Assembly: GCA_963823335.1 (NCBI GenBank)
Contig: CAWGLD010000001.1
Location: forward strand, 576,001 to 640,000
Length of the DNA stretch: 64,000 bases
Direction of reading: 5' to 3'
Source of the DNA: an uncultured delta proteobacterium
GTDB lineage: Bacteria > Desulfobacterota > Desulfobacteria > Desulfobacterales > B30-G6
Shown: piece by piece, positions 42,026 through 52,425 of the stretch
How positions within the stretch are numbered: position 1 is the stretch's first letter
How the letters are laid out: each line of letters starts with the position of its first letter
Made by a program: the position numbers and the translations under genes
Notes under the pieces: generated by a model
What the model saw: the letters and a program-made list of their open reading frames with translations, nothing else
Told to the model about the DNA's origin: nothing
The model's database searches: none

Positions 42026-42226
42026 ATGGAAGATCATAAGATTAAATTGTATGAAACTCAGTTGCGACGGCTGTTCAAAGCCGCCGAGCAAGACGAACAA
42101 GAGGCGCCGACGGTGCCTGTTCACCGCGAAAAAATCCGCGTAATTCGCAGACGAAAAGGCGGTCCCGACCAGTACATCACTGAAAGCTCGCACCAGTATG
42201 CCCTGGCAGCGGCAGACATGGGATAA
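42026..42226 (+). CDS. Small hypothetical protein, 66 aa
   Basis: Protein-like ORF with an RVIRRRKG motif in an otherwise empty gap. Confidence 0.6.
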   Translation: MEDHKIKLYETQLRRLFKAAEQDEQEAPTVPVHREKIRVIRRRKGGPDQYITESSHQYALAAADMG

Positions 42227-42361
42227 GACCGACTTCTCGGCAATTTAGCCCGGAAATTTCACACACCCGAAAACATAACGCACCACCGCCCGCCCTCCTC
42301 TCGGCTGGACAGGTGGGGTGCGCCCGCACTGTGGGAAATAAGCACATATGGATCATCTCCA

Positions 42362-42439
42362 AGAGATGAAATCGGGAATGTCGAGAGAATGTTGAAATCA
42401 ATGGTCCATTCCCTGGAAAACAAACACCTGGATCCTTGA
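42362..42439 (+). pseudogene. Probable 3' remnant of a four-helix-bundle (IVS-type) gene followed by octamer repeats
   Basis: RDEIGNVERMLKSMVHSLENKHLDP*; family assignment from memory of similar C-termini. Confidence 0.5.
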
Positions 42440-42491
42440 TTCCTCGACCCCTGGAATCCTTTCTCCCGGCGAACTGGGAGAAGAACCACAA

Positions 42492-43598
42492 TTACTTATC
42501 CTTTCGAACCACCTCGATTTGACCGATGTCCATGATGACAAAGCGGGAGGGATCCAGGTTTTGCCGTTCAATCGTTCTTTTAAGATCCAATACAGGGTAT
42601 CCGGGCGGATTGTCACCTAACTGAAAGGCGCCCCACTGGGTTGGAATGTAATATCGGGCTCCCAGATTCTGGAAAGCCCGGACGGATTCAGCGGCGTTCA
42701 TGTGAGCATAATGCATAAACCAACGCGGGTGATATGCCGTCAGGGGCATGAGTGCATAGTCGATTCCTGGAAATCGCTTCCCGATTTCCCGATACCCGAC
42801 AAAAAAGCCACTGTCCCCACCATAATAAATCGTCGTTTCCGGCGTCACCAGCAGGTAGCTGGCCCATAGCGTGGTATTGAAATCCTGCCCGATCCGTCGC
42901 GACCAATGCTGGGCAGGTAGCGACACGAGCTGAACGCCATCTCCCAGCTCGACGCGTTCCCACCAGTCCAATTCCTGAATTTCCCCGTCAAAGAAAGATC
43001 GCAGGGTTTCCTTGAGGCCCGGCGGCACAAAAATTCGAGCGTGATCAGGCAGGGAGCGGATGGTATCCTTGTCCAGATGGTCATAGTGGTTATGCGAGAT
43101 GAGAACGTTAAGCGGGCCCGATATTCCTTTAAGATCATCCTTTCGCAGCGCCGGCTGAGTGACCCTTTTTGGCAGCAGGGCCCGTTGGGACAACATGGGA
43201 TCGGTCAACCAGGTAACACCTGCGGTATGTATGAGAAACGTGGCGTGTCCGACCCAGGCAATAGTGTCGCTGCGGGCTTTTTTCTGAATACGCCCGCTGA
43301 GATCCGTGAGAACCCCGGGCAGAAACGTGCACTCCTTATCCGTATACACGGCCTTCTTGGAGAAGCGCCATTTCAGGAACGACCGAAACCGGTCTGCCTC
43401 CATGGGCATCCATGGATTGAAATAGGCACCGTCCTTGAAATGAGGCGCATACAACATTTCCACACGCCGGTCTTCCACTTCCCGCTGCCATGCGTCCTCA
43501 TCAAATGGCGGGGGCGTTGCTATACAGGACGCCAGCACCAGGGCCAGGGTCAGAGCCAGGGTCAGATAGCGTAAGATCCGCAAAACGGTTTTTGGCAA
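42492..43598 (-). CDS. MBL-fold metallo-hydrolase (NAPE-PLD/RomA-like), probable lipoprotein; start uncertain
   Basis: WVGHAT, SHNHYDHLD, PAQHWSRR, GDSG and lipobox LASC. Confidence 0.88.
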   Translation of the reverse strand: MPKTVLRILRYLTLALTLALVLASCIATPPPFDEDAWQREVEDRRVEMLYAPHFKDGAYFNPWMPMEADRFRSFLKWRFSKKAVYTDKECTFLPGVLTDLSGRIQKKARSDTIAWVGHATFLIHTAGVTWLTDPMLSQRALLPKRVTQPALRKDDLKGISGPLNVLISHNHYDHLDKDTIRSLPDHARIFVPPGLKETLRSFFDGEIQELDWWERVELGDGVQLVSLPAQHWSRRIGQDFNTTLWASYLLVTPETTIYYGGDSGFFVGYREIGKRFPGIDYALMPLTAYHPRWFMHYAHMNAAESVRAFQNLGARYYIPTQWGAFQLGDNPPGYPVLDLKRTIERQNLDPSRFVIMDIGQIEVVRKDK

Positions 43599-43728
43599 TG
43601 TATGTGTGATGAAAGCACACCCCCTTTGTGGAAAAAGGAAAATATCTTCAATTATTATTTGACAAATAAACCTCTTTTTTACACCATGCCGTTGGATTTC
43701 ACAAAGCACAGTTCGCACAGGAGACCCC

Positions 43729-44196
43729 ATGGACAGGACCGACCTTCAGACGTTTATCGACGATCAACAGATCCAGGCCACCATACTGCCCTTGAGCGAG
43801 CACACCCTCACGGTGGGGGACGCTGCCAGGGCCCTTGCGGTGAACACCGACCAGATCATCAAGTCCCTGGTCTTCCACATCGATGGCAAGCCCCTGCTGG
43901 TGATCAACAACGGCCTGGCCCGGGTAGACCGCAGGAAACTGGCCGCTCACCTGGGTGTGGGCAGAAAAAAGGTCAAATTTGCCAGCCCGGACACGGCCTT
44001 CACCCTGACCGGCTTTGTCGTGGGAAGCATGCCACCCTTCGGCCATAAGCTGCCACTGCGCACCCTCGTGGACACGGCCGTAACACAACTGGACATCATC
44101 TACGGCGGCGGGGGGGATGTCGACGCCATGATGCGCCTCACTTCGAAAGAACTTCTGCGGGTCAGCCAGGCAGAGGTGGTACCCTTCTCCGAATAA
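43729..44196 (+). CDS. YbaK/EbsC aminoacyl-tRNA editing family protein
   Basis: QIIKSLVF, TGFVVG.MPPFGH and YGGGG motifs. Confidence 0.92.
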   Translation: MDRTDLQTFIDDQQIQATILPLSEHTLTVGDAARALAVNTDQIIKSLVFHIDGKPLLVINNGLARVDRRKLAAHLGVGRKKVKFASPDTAFTLTGFVVGSMPPFGHKLPLRTLVDTAVTQLDIIYGGGGDVDAMMRLTSKELLRVSQAEVVPFSE

Positions 44197-44324
44197 ATTC
44201 GCTTCACGAATTTATTTGCGCGGCAATGCCGCTCTTTGGGATCAGAAGATTTAATCTGAACAATCGCTTTTTATCTCGGTCTGCACCAATCTCTTCGGGA
44301 AAAATCGCTCAATGCAGGTTTAAA

Positions 44325-44728
44325 TTATTCCATAAAAGAGCTGATAAACTCCCTGACCGCAGTCTTCCCGTTAAAAATGCCGTAGTGGCCCTCGCAGAGA
44401 ATATCCGCGTTCAGCTCCAGCATTTTCTTTAATGAATTCTGGTACGCATCCGGATCCGAAAGTGTGCCACAAGCTTCAGGTTCAGCCGTTTTTTCAATGC
44501 AGCCGCTCCCCCGGTGTGATCGAAATGGCAGTGGGTAATCAGCAGGTAATCAATGACGGCATCGGGTACGTTACAGCGACGAATATTTTCCAACAGCCCG
44601 TCCGTAGCATTGCCACACCCGGCATCCACGATAGCCGCCCGTCCGTCCACGTGAATCAGATAGGCGGCGGCATCTTCCGGTGCAGTAAACCCGCTGCCGC
44701 CGATCTGGTAAATTTCCTTGGTAATCAT
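44325..44728 (-). pseudogene. MBL-fold hydrolase with a large internal deletion
   Basis: N-part up to THCHFDH...LVAH; an out-of-frame C-part reads SDPDAYQNSL...ADILCEGHYG...FME*. Confidence 0.8.
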
Positions 44729-45846
44729 CCGCACAGCTCCAGGGCATAATCAATTTCATTGGCTACCAGCCCCATGGCGCCCGAACGGAAACGGTCCAGG
44801 GCAGACCGCGCCCGGCGCCCCCCGATGCGGCCCAGGGCCCAGGCACACATGCTCTTCACCCGCTCATCCACCGATTCTTCAAAGGCCCGCACAAGGTCCG
44901 GGATGTGACAAGGATCCAAGGTGTTTCCCATGGCCCGGGCTGTGTTCATCTTCCAGCGCCAGATCTGGTCAGGAGACATATAGAACATGTGAGGCCATAT
45001 ACGCTGCTCGAAATAGGGACGATCCATGTGCAGCAGTTTGGCCAGATCAAAGTCGGCAGCCTTTTGGGCAGCTCTCTGGTTGATGGGCAGATCCGCCGCA
45101 AGCCAGGCCTGGTTCCGGGGACAGACATTCTGACAGCGGTCACAGCCATAGATGAACAAGCCCATGGGTTCCCTGAGGTCTCTGGGAGTAAGACCCTCCC
45201 CGAAATAGGTCAGAAAAGAAATGCAGCGCCGGGGATCGATATGGCGGGGCCCTTTGAGCGCGCCTGTGGGGCAGGCCACCAGACAAGTGTTCCGGCACCA
45301 GGTGGGGCAGCCTGTCACCAGGGTGGGTTCGCCGGGCTCGAATTCCGCGTCCACCACCACGGCGATGGGCAGCACCCAGGAACTCTTGCGCGCCACCCGG
45401 TTGGAATAGAAAAGACAGTTTTTTCCGAAAGTGCCCATTCCAGCGCGCCCCGCGGCCAGCCGGTGGGGCAGGTTGAAAGGAACCTTGGACTGAATGCCGT
45501 TGTCTCGCAAATAGGAACGAAAGGCTTTAATGCGAGTGGCCAGACCATCCCGCAGGACACGATCGTCATCCAGGTAGCAGCGACCGAAAAAGGGCTCCAG
45601 GGTGTGGGGGTAGGACTCACGAAAATAGACCTCCATGAGGACAAAAATCGATTTCGCCCCGGGTAGAATATTCTGCGGGTCTGTTCCAGACATCAGGTCC
45701 AGACCGTTGGTCATGGTCCAGGCATAGGACGCGTGGCGTTCCTCCAGGATACGCTGCTGGGATTCAAATGGCTCCGCACTGGTGACACCGATGTCCTCGA
45801 ACATGAGTTCGTGGGCCCGGTCGGTTATCTGCTGCTGCGTCAACAT
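44725..45846 (-). CDS. queG: Epoxyqueuosine reductase QueG-like protein
   Basis: AG.G.FGKN, C...C...C..ACPTGAL, CIS.LT and GCDRCQNVCP motifs; HEAT-like tail. Confidence 0.85.
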   Translation of the reverse strand: MLTQQQITDRAHELMFEDIGVTSAEPFESQQRILEERHASYAWTMTNGLDLMSGTDPQNILPGAKSIFVLMEVYFRESYPHTLEPFFGRCYLDDDRVLRDGLATRIKAFRSYLRDNGIQSKVPFNLPHRLAAGRAGMGTFGKNCLFYSNRVARKSSWVLPIAVVVDAEFEPGEPTLVTGCPTWCRNTCLVACPTGALKGPRHIDPRRCISFLTYFGEGLTPRDLREPMGLFIYGCDRCQNVCPRNQAWLAADLPINQRAAQKAADFDLAKLLHMDRPYFEQRIWPHMFYMSPDQIWRWKMNTARAMGNTLDPCHIPDLVRAFEESVDERVKSMCAWALGRIGGRRARSALDRFRSGAMGLVANEIDYALELCG

Positions 45847-45968
45847 GGTTCATCCTCCAGGGATTACAGGGTTTATCGAAGGACCCAGCTTTTTCATGGA
45901 AAGGTTTAGTTGTCAAGTTCGATCCACTCATGCACGGCAGCAAGATCCTTGACAAAAGGGTGCCGTTA

Positions 45969-46712
45969 TCACTGCACCAGTGTCGCGGCAAGAAACTCCT
46001 GAAAGCGTTTCCAGGATTTTTTATCCGCATCCTCCTGATAACGGGACCCGTCAAAAACGGTAAAGGCGTGTTGTGCCCCACCATAGGTAATCATCTCATG
46101 GGAAACTCCGGCCGCTTCCAGTTCATTCGTCAGGGCTGCAAACTGGTCCATGGTGATGGCCGAGTCGGCTGAACCATGCATGATCAAAATCGATCCTGCC
46201 GTCTTGCTATAATTCTGACCCTCGGGTGTCTTCAAACCTCCGTGAAAGGTGGCAAAGCCTTTCAATCCCACTCCGGAGCGCGCCCATTCAAGTACGGCCG
46301 CACCGCCGAAGCAGTAACCTGCGGCAATGGCATTATCGATCCGGGCGCCTTTTTGTCCGGCGGTTTCGAGGGCACCGTTCATCAGGGCCCGCATTTTGTT
46401 TCTGTCTTTGTACAATTCGCCTGTATGCTGCCGTTTGTCCTCCATCTCGGTCGGTCTCACACCGGCACCAAACAGATCTGCAGCAAACACTGCGTACCCT
46501 GATGCGGCCAGCATATGGGCCCGCTTGACTTCATATTCGGTAAGACCGTCCCAGTCATGAATCAGCACCACCAGGGGGGCCTTGTCTGAAGGGCTGATAT
46601 AATACCCCTCGTATGACTGTCCGTTGACCTGATACCGCACCACTGACCCATCCGCTCCCATGGCGGCGCTGGCGACGACAAAAACCAACAATATCGATAG
46701 TATATATTTCAT
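45969..46712 (-). CDS. Dienelactone hydrolase family protein, exported
   Basis: HDWDG, GYCFGG and HAFT motifs; signal peptide. Confidence 0.92.
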   Translation of the reverse strand: MKYILSILLVFVVASAAMGADGSVVRYQVNGQSYEGYYISPSDKAPLVVLIHDWDGLTEYEVKRAHMLAASGYAVFAADLFGAGVRPTEMEDKRQHTGELYKDRNKMRALMNGALETAGQKGARIDNAIAAGYCFGGAAVLEWARSGVGLKGFATFHGGLKTPEGQNYSKTAGSILIMHGSADSAITMDQFAALTNELEAAGVSHEMITYGGAQHAFTVFDGSRYQEDADKKSWKRFQEFLAATLVQ

Positions 46713-47045
46713 GATATCCCTCCTTAATAAAATCAATACCCGTTTTAATGCCACAATGTAATACATCAAATGCGAGCCGTCGAGGTTGTGTGATGTTTTT
46801 TTTCGACATTGAAGAACCTCACTGCAAGCTGAAAGGCATCCTGGGCCGTCGGGAATTATGCCGGATCAAGTCCGGACTTGAATCAAGAAATTCTTTGGAG
46901 TATATATTAGCCCTAAAGTGAAAGCTGTAAGGAATGGATCATCTCCCAAAGAGTTGATCCAAATTAAGGATTGAAGGATTCCAGGGGTCCAGGGTTCGAG
47001 TGAGATGAAGTGAGGCATCCTGGTCTTTTAAGGAAGTCACTGAAA

Positions 47046-48257
47046 ATGACCTGCATCGTTCAGAAGTACGGCGGCAGCAGTGTCGCCGACATCGACAAGT
47101 TACGACAAATCGCCGGGCTGATCGCCCATGTCAAACAGCAGCAGATCCAGATTGCCGTGGTGGTTTCCGCCATGGGTAAAACCACCGACAGTCTCCTGTC
47201 CATGGCGCGCGAATTTTCCCCCAAACCACCCCGACGCGAAATGGATATGCTACTTTCCACCGGTGAACGCATCACCATGGCCCTGCTTTGCATGGCCTTG
47301 AACGAAAAGGGTATCGATGCCGTCTCACTCACCGGGTCCCAGGCCGGTATCATCACCGACGACCGGCACAACGATGCCCAGGTCATCGAGGTCCGGCCCT
47401 TCCGGGTGCAGGATGAAATGGCCAAAGGCAAGGTGGTAATCATCGGCGGTTTTCAGGGCGTCAGCTACAAAAGAGACATCACCACCCTCGGTCGTGGCGG
47501 GTCGGACACCTCGGCCGTGGCACTCGCGGCCGCACTGGATGCTGAACGCTGCGAGATCTATTCGGATGTGGATGGCGTCTATTCAGCTGACCCGGCAGTG
47601 GTGGCCGACGCCCGGCACCTGCCCGAAATTTCCTATCCCGAGATGCAGGAAATGAGCACCGCCGGGGCCAAAGTGCTCAACGCATCCGCCGTGCAGTTCG
47701 CCAAGGAAAAGAACATCGCCCTTTATGCCCGAAGCACCTTTCAGCCCGGTCGTGAAACCATCATACGGAAAATGCCCCCTGGAAAACTTACCGGCGTCCA
47801 GGCAGTCGTAAGAGAAGAACGGATCGAACGCATACGGATATCCGGTCTGGATGTGCGTCGCCGTTTCCAGCAGGTGGTATCCTACCTGGAAACCGAACAG
47901 GTGCCGGTCAAGGAAGTCAACCTCACCCATGTTGGCCAAAAAGGAGAGCTCTCCCGGGCAAGCTTTGTGGTACCAGCCGGTCAGGTATACGACTGGAACG
48001 ACATTAAGAGCGGTCTGGAAGATAAATTCGGTCCCAGCCTGGCCTTTGATACGGATCTGTCAGCGGTATCCCTGATCGGAGAAGGGCTGAACCGAAACAG
48101 CCAGACCCTGCTGAACACCCTGGAACTCCTGGCGGAAAACAACATCACCACCCATGGCGTCACCACGACTTCCTTTCGGATTTCGCTCCTGGTTCCCCGG
48201 GAACACGTGGATCAAAGCGTCCAGCTCTGTCATGAGCGCTGGGTTATCTCAAAATGA
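47046..48257 (+). CDS. lysC: Aspartate kinase
   Basis: [28 protein letters not shown] and DVDGVY.ADP motifs; ACT tail. Confidence 0.93.
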   Translation: MTCIVQKYGGSSVADIDKLRQIAGLIAHVKQQQIQIAVVVSAMGKTTDSLLSMAREFSPKPPRREMDMLLSTGERITMALLCMALNEKGIDAVSLTGSQAGIITDDRHNDAQVIEVRPFRVQDEMAKGKVVIIGGFQGVSYKRDITTLGRGGSDTSAVALAAALDAERCEIYSDVDGVYSADPAVVADARHLPEISYPEMQEMSTAGAKVLNASAVQFAKEKNIALYARSTFQPGRETIIRKMPPGKLTGVQAVVREERIERIRISGLDVRRRFQQVVSYLETEQVPVKEVNLTHVGQKGELSRASFVVPAGQVYDWNDIKSGLEDKFGPSLAFDTDLSAVSLIGEGLNRNSQTLLNTLELLAENNITTHGVTTTSFRISLLVPREHVDQSVQLCHERWVISK

Positions 48258-48279
48258 CAGGGATGGAGGGCAGGGTTGA

Positions 48280-48361
48280 GAGGGTGGCTGATGACAGTGA
48301 GCGAAAGGCACCTGACAGCCTACAGTCTAAACTGCTAAAAGGCTAACAAGGGTTCAAGGGT
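48280..48361 (+). repeat. 82-bp dispersed intergenic module, copy A
   Basis: Matches the reverse complement of 51573-51654 with 3 mismatches by eye. Confidence 0.85.
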
Positions 48362-48699
48362 GATTGACAGCTATTCGCGGATATCAGCATCCCGGTGTTC
48401 CAGCATCATAGGGTCCAAGCATACAATGGCTTGTGCTGAACGCGAACCTTTACGTTCTTGTTTTGATCATTCGAATTTATACCGCTTGTCATAATAATGT
48501 TCCGAAAATAGGATGGCGGCATAAGGGGTTATAGCAGAAAAAAGGTCCTCAATCGGAACGTTTTTCTGACAACCCCTATAGGTCATTGGGTATTGTTTCG
48601 GATTTGGGCTTGGTGCTTTGGATTTAAGCGGTATCAAACTGGTTTGTCGCGGGGTTAGCGCTCGCTGTTGCGGTTCAATTTACAAAAAAGGAAGAAAAA

Positions 48700-50010
48700 A
48701 TGCACCCAAGCTACGACTGCATCATCATCGGTGCCGGGATATGCGGAGCGGCCATTGCCTACGAAATGTCCAAAAAAGGATATCGAACCCTGAATGTGGA
48801 TCAGTTAGCCGCTGCCGGACATGGTTCCACCAGCAGCTCCTGTGCCATCATCCGGACCCATTACTCCACCCTTGAAGGCACCGCCATTGCCTATAACAGC
48901 TGGTTCGACTGGAAAAACTGGTCGGACTACATCGTTGCCCCGGATGAAAGCGGCATTGCAACATTCCATCAGACCGGTCTGATAAACATCTACGCCAAGG
49001 GGCGCGAAGCAGCCAATCACATGAAGCTGCACGATATGCTGGGAATCCCCTATGAGATATGGAACCGGGAGAAACTGCTCCGTCGGATGCCCCATTTCGT
49101 GGACGATTCATTTTATCCACCCCGGCGCCCAGAGGATCCCCGGTTCCATGACCTGCCCAAGCAAAAAATTGAAGGGGCCATTCTCTATTACCCCAACGAC
49201 GGGTATGTCAACGATCCTGGGCTGGCGGTTCACAACATCCAGCGGGCTGCAGAGGCAAGTGGGGCTGTTTTCCTCTTCAATACAACGGTCGTATCCATCC
49301 GTTCCCGCCGGAATGCCGTCGTGGGTGTAGGCCTGAAAGACGGCGGCAGGATCGATGCCCCCATAATTGTCAATGCCGCCGGGCCCCACTCTGCCGTGAT
49401 CAACCAGATGGCCGGTCTTGCCGACAAAATGAACATCAAGACCCGGCCCCTGCGTCATGAAGTGCATGTTGTCCCCTCTCCGGAAACGTTCAGCTACGAA
49501 ACAGACGGTCTGGTGGTGGGGGATGGGGACGCGGGTGTCTATCATCGACCGGAAACAGGCAACCTGGTCCTGGTCGGCAGTGAAGATCCGGACTGTGATG
49601 AAAAGGACTGGGTCGACGATCCGGACCATTTCGACAGGGATGCCTCCCTGGCACAGTACCAGGCCCAGACCTATCGTCTGGCAAAACGTGTGCCGGATCT
49701 CCGGATTCCGAACAACCCCAGGGGCCTCGCCGACCTCTATGATGTCAGCGACGACTGGATTCCCATTTACGACAGATCCGATCTCGACGGGTTTTATCTC
49801 GCCATCGGCACCAGCGGCAACCAGTTCAAAAACGGTCCCTCAATCGGCCTCGTGATGGCGGAACTGATCCATGCCACTGAAAATGGCCATGACCACGATA
49901 CCACGCCATTGCAGATGCCATTGCGTCATGTGGATCTGGCTCTGAACACGGGTATTTTTTCCCGGAACCGTGAGATCATTCAGGACAGCTCCTTTTCGGT
50001 GATGGGCTGA
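48700..50010 (+). CDS. FAD-dependent oxidoreductase (sarcosine oxidase beta/DAO family)
   Basis: IIGAGICG, GSTSSSCAIIR, VNAAGP, YDVSDDW.PI and GTSGNQFK motifs. Confidence 0.9.
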   Translation: MHPSYDCIIIGAGICGAAIAYEMSKKGYRTLNVDQLAAAGHGSTSSSCAIIRTHYSTLEGTAIAYNSWFDWKNWSDYIVAPDESGIATFHQTGLINIYAKGREAANHMKLHDMLGIPYEIWNREKLLRRMPHFVDDSFYPPRRPEDPRFHDLPKQKIEGAILYYPNDGYVNDPGLAVHNIQRAAEASGAVFLFNTTVVSIRSRRNAVVGVGLKDGGRIDAPIIVNAAGPHSAVINQMAGLADKMNIKTRPLRHEVHVVPSPETFSYETDGLVVGDGDAGVYHRPETGNLVLVGSEDPDCDEKDWVDDPDHFDRDASLAQYQAQTYRLAKRVPDLRIPNNPRGLADLYDVSDDWIPIYDRSDLDGFYLAIGTSGNQFKNGPSIGLVMAELIHATENGHDHDTTPLQMPLRHVDLALNTGIFSRNREIIQDSSFSVMG

Positions 50011-50145
50011 GGGGCAGGGGTGGAGGTTTCAAGGGTGATACAAGGGTTGGAGGGTAGCTGACAGCTATTTGCGGACAGCAGTGTCCCAGCTTCCATGCAT
50101 CCTAGCCTCCCAGCAACCAGGAAGCCAAAAGGGAGATTTGATTCC

Positions 50146-51384
50146 TCAATTCGTTTCTGCCTCCACTTTCCGGGCAAGCTCCATATATCGCTGAGCCTCT
50201 GCAGGGTAGCCCTGACGCTTGTAAATATCACTGATCCTGCCAAAATAGAGACGCTGGTTTTCAGGGTTCTGCCGGCAAAGAGAAAAATAAGTTTCCACAA
50301 GCTCGCCTGAAATATCACCTGCTTCATATTTTAGCTCCGCATACCGCTGTCTGACAAAGGGATCTACCCGTCTGTGGCAGCTTTTACAACCGGTCATAAT
50401 TTCCTGGTACGTAGTCAGGGCCTCTTTTTTCCTGTCCATGACCTCGTAGATCCTTGCAAGGGCCACGGCGATCTGTTGGTCCCATCCAAGATATTCGATG
50501 CTTTTTTGATAGAATGAAACGGCCTGGCTCTGTTTTCCGGACCGGAACAGGGTTTCGCCCATCAACAGCAGGATCGGCATCGATGTCTTGAGTGTGTCCG
50601 GACAGGATTGCAGAAGCGTGTCCGCCAGGTCATACGCTTCGGATTCCCAATAGATCTCGCACAGCACTTCATAGGCCCGGAGGGATTGCGGGTATGCTTC
50701 GATAAATACTTCCAGAAGAGTCCTGGCCTCAGGGATATCTCCCAGATTCAGATAGACCGTGGCAAGTTCAAGGTGAACATGTGTGACACGTCCCCCCTGA
50801 TCATCCCGGGCCTTTTTCAGCAGGTCTGCCGCGGGACCGAATGCCCCCTTGTTCAACGCAATATACCCGGATTGAAAATTCCGGCCCAAACCCGCGTATA
50901 TATCCTGGACATCATCCGGCAGGGTGCTGCAGAGGACCAGAAAATAGTCCTCGTCGTCATTCATGTCAAAGACCTCATCATCAGTCCCATCGGCCTCTTG
51001 CCACGCCTCGGCACCCATTTCCATATGGACACCTGCGGCAACGTCGCTGACCAGTATCTCCACCTCCCTGATTAACTGTGCATCGCGGGTCAGTTCCCGC
51101 GCCAGTTCCAGAAGTTCCCCAGCCTCCTCAAAACATCCCGCCTCCACCAGCTCCTGCGCGGAAAGCTTGTGCTGCAGGGCCAGTGACTCACAGGCATTCT
51201 TGATCTTCATCTCGAGTCTGTCCCTGTGATCAGCCACATCCGGCAGGGAAGCTTTTTCCAGGCGTGACAAGGCCTCTTCATATTGCAGTTTGGCCAGCCC
51301 CAGATCGTTGGATCGCACCAGCCGGTCACCCCTTTTTTCAAAAACGTCAAATGATTTTTGAGAAAAAAATTGTAACAATCCCAT
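50146..51384 (-). CDS. Tetratricopeptide-repeat protein
   Basis: Repeated TPR-like helices; AGGAG RBS; one CKSC motif. Confidence 0.8.
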   Translation of the reverse strand: MGLLQFFSQKSFDVFEKRGDRLVRSNDLGLAKLQYEEALSRLEKASLPDVADHRDRLEMKIKNACESLALQHKLSAQELVEAGCFEEAGELLELARELTRDAQLIREVEILVSDVAAGVHMEMGAEAWQEADGTDDEVFDMNDDEDYFLVLCSTLPDDVQDIYAGLGRNFQSGYIALNKGAFGPAADLLKKARDDQGGRVTHVHLELATVYLNLGDIPEARTLLEVFIEAYPQSLRAYEVLCEIYWESEAYDLADTLLQSCPDTLKTSMPILLLMGETLFRSGKQSQAVSFYQKSIEYLGWDQQIAVALARIYEVMDRKKEALTTYQEIMTGCKSCHRRVDPFVRQRYAELKYEAGDISGELVETYFSLCRQNPENQRLYFGRISDIYKRQGYPAEAQRYMELARKVEAETN

Positions 51385-51572
51385 ACGCACTCCTAATCAG
51401 ATTCACTCGCCAACCCCACAGCAAACCAGGCTGATACGGCTTAAATCCAAAGCACCAAATCCCAAATCCGAAACAATACCCAATGACCTAAATTCGAATG
51501 ATCAAAACAAAAACGAAAAAGTTCGCGTTCAGTACAAACCATTGTATGCTGGGACGCTAATAGTTGTCAGCT

Positions 51573-51654
51573 ACCCTCGAACCCTTGTCAGCCTTTTAGC
51601 AGTTTAGACTGTAGGCTGTCAGTTGCCTTTCGCTCACTGTCATCAGCCACCCTC
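51573..51654 (-). repeat. 82-bp dispersed intergenic module, copy B
   Basis: Inverted near-identical copy of 48280-48361. Confidence 0.85.
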
Positions 51655-51693
51655 CAACCCTTGTATCACCCTCGAAACCTCCAACCCTGCCCT

Positions 51694-52425
51694 TCACCCC
51701 TTAATAACCGCCAGCACATACGGATAGATATTTTCCAGAATACGGCGATATCCCTCGGGATTGGGGTGCAACCGGTCCGGAAGGTTGTAACGTGTGTCGC
51801 CGGCCACACTTTCCAGAAAAAACGGAATCAAGGGGATATGATGCTTGTGGGCAATGTCTGGATAGACACTTGAAAAACGGGCGGTGTGGACCGGTCCAAG
51901 GTTGGGCGGTATTTTCATTCCGGCCAGGAGAATGTCGATATCATGGGCCTTTATGATGGTGATGATCCTATCCAGGTTCTCTTCGAGCACCTTGGGGTCG
52001 ACACCCCGCAGGCCGTCATTGGCACCGGTCTCCAGGATAATGATGTTCGGTTTGAGTGAACGGATCACCCATTCGATACGAGACAGGGTTCCGCTGCTGG
52101 TTTCACCGCTGATACCTGCATTGATGACCTTGAAAAAGAAACCATCCAAATGAAGACGTTTTTCGAGCAATGCCGGATATGCCTCGCTCTCATCCACACC
52201 ATACCCGGCGGTCAGGCTGTCGCCAACGGCCACGATGGTGCCCAGACCCAACCCATCGTTAGCCTGGGATTCAGACCGGCTCTCGGCGGAAGGAGACTCG
52301 TTGCTGCAGGCAGGCAGCACCAGCAGGACGCACAGGAACAGCAGGACTGCGATCCGGGTATTCCCGACCGTCCGGCATCTGCCCGCCGAATTCTTGCCCG
52401 CAACAAGAAAGCCTGGATTATGCAT
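51694..52425 (-). CDS. tesA: Arylesterase / GDSL (TesA-like) lipoprotein
   Basis: GDSLTAG, NAGISGETS, GAND and DRLHPN motifs. Confidence 0.9.
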   Translation of the reverse strand: MHNPGFLVAGKNSAGRCRTVGNTRIAVLLFLCVLLVLPACSNESPSAESRSESQANDGLGLGTIVAVGDSLTAGYGVDESEAYPALLEKRLHLDGFFFKVINAGISGETSSGTLSRIEWVIRSLKPNIIILETGANDGLRGVDPKVLEENLDRIITIIKAHDIDILLAGMKIPPNLGPVHTARFSSVYPDIAHKHHIPLIPFFLESVAGDTRYNLPDRLHPNPEGYRRILENIYPYVLAVIKG

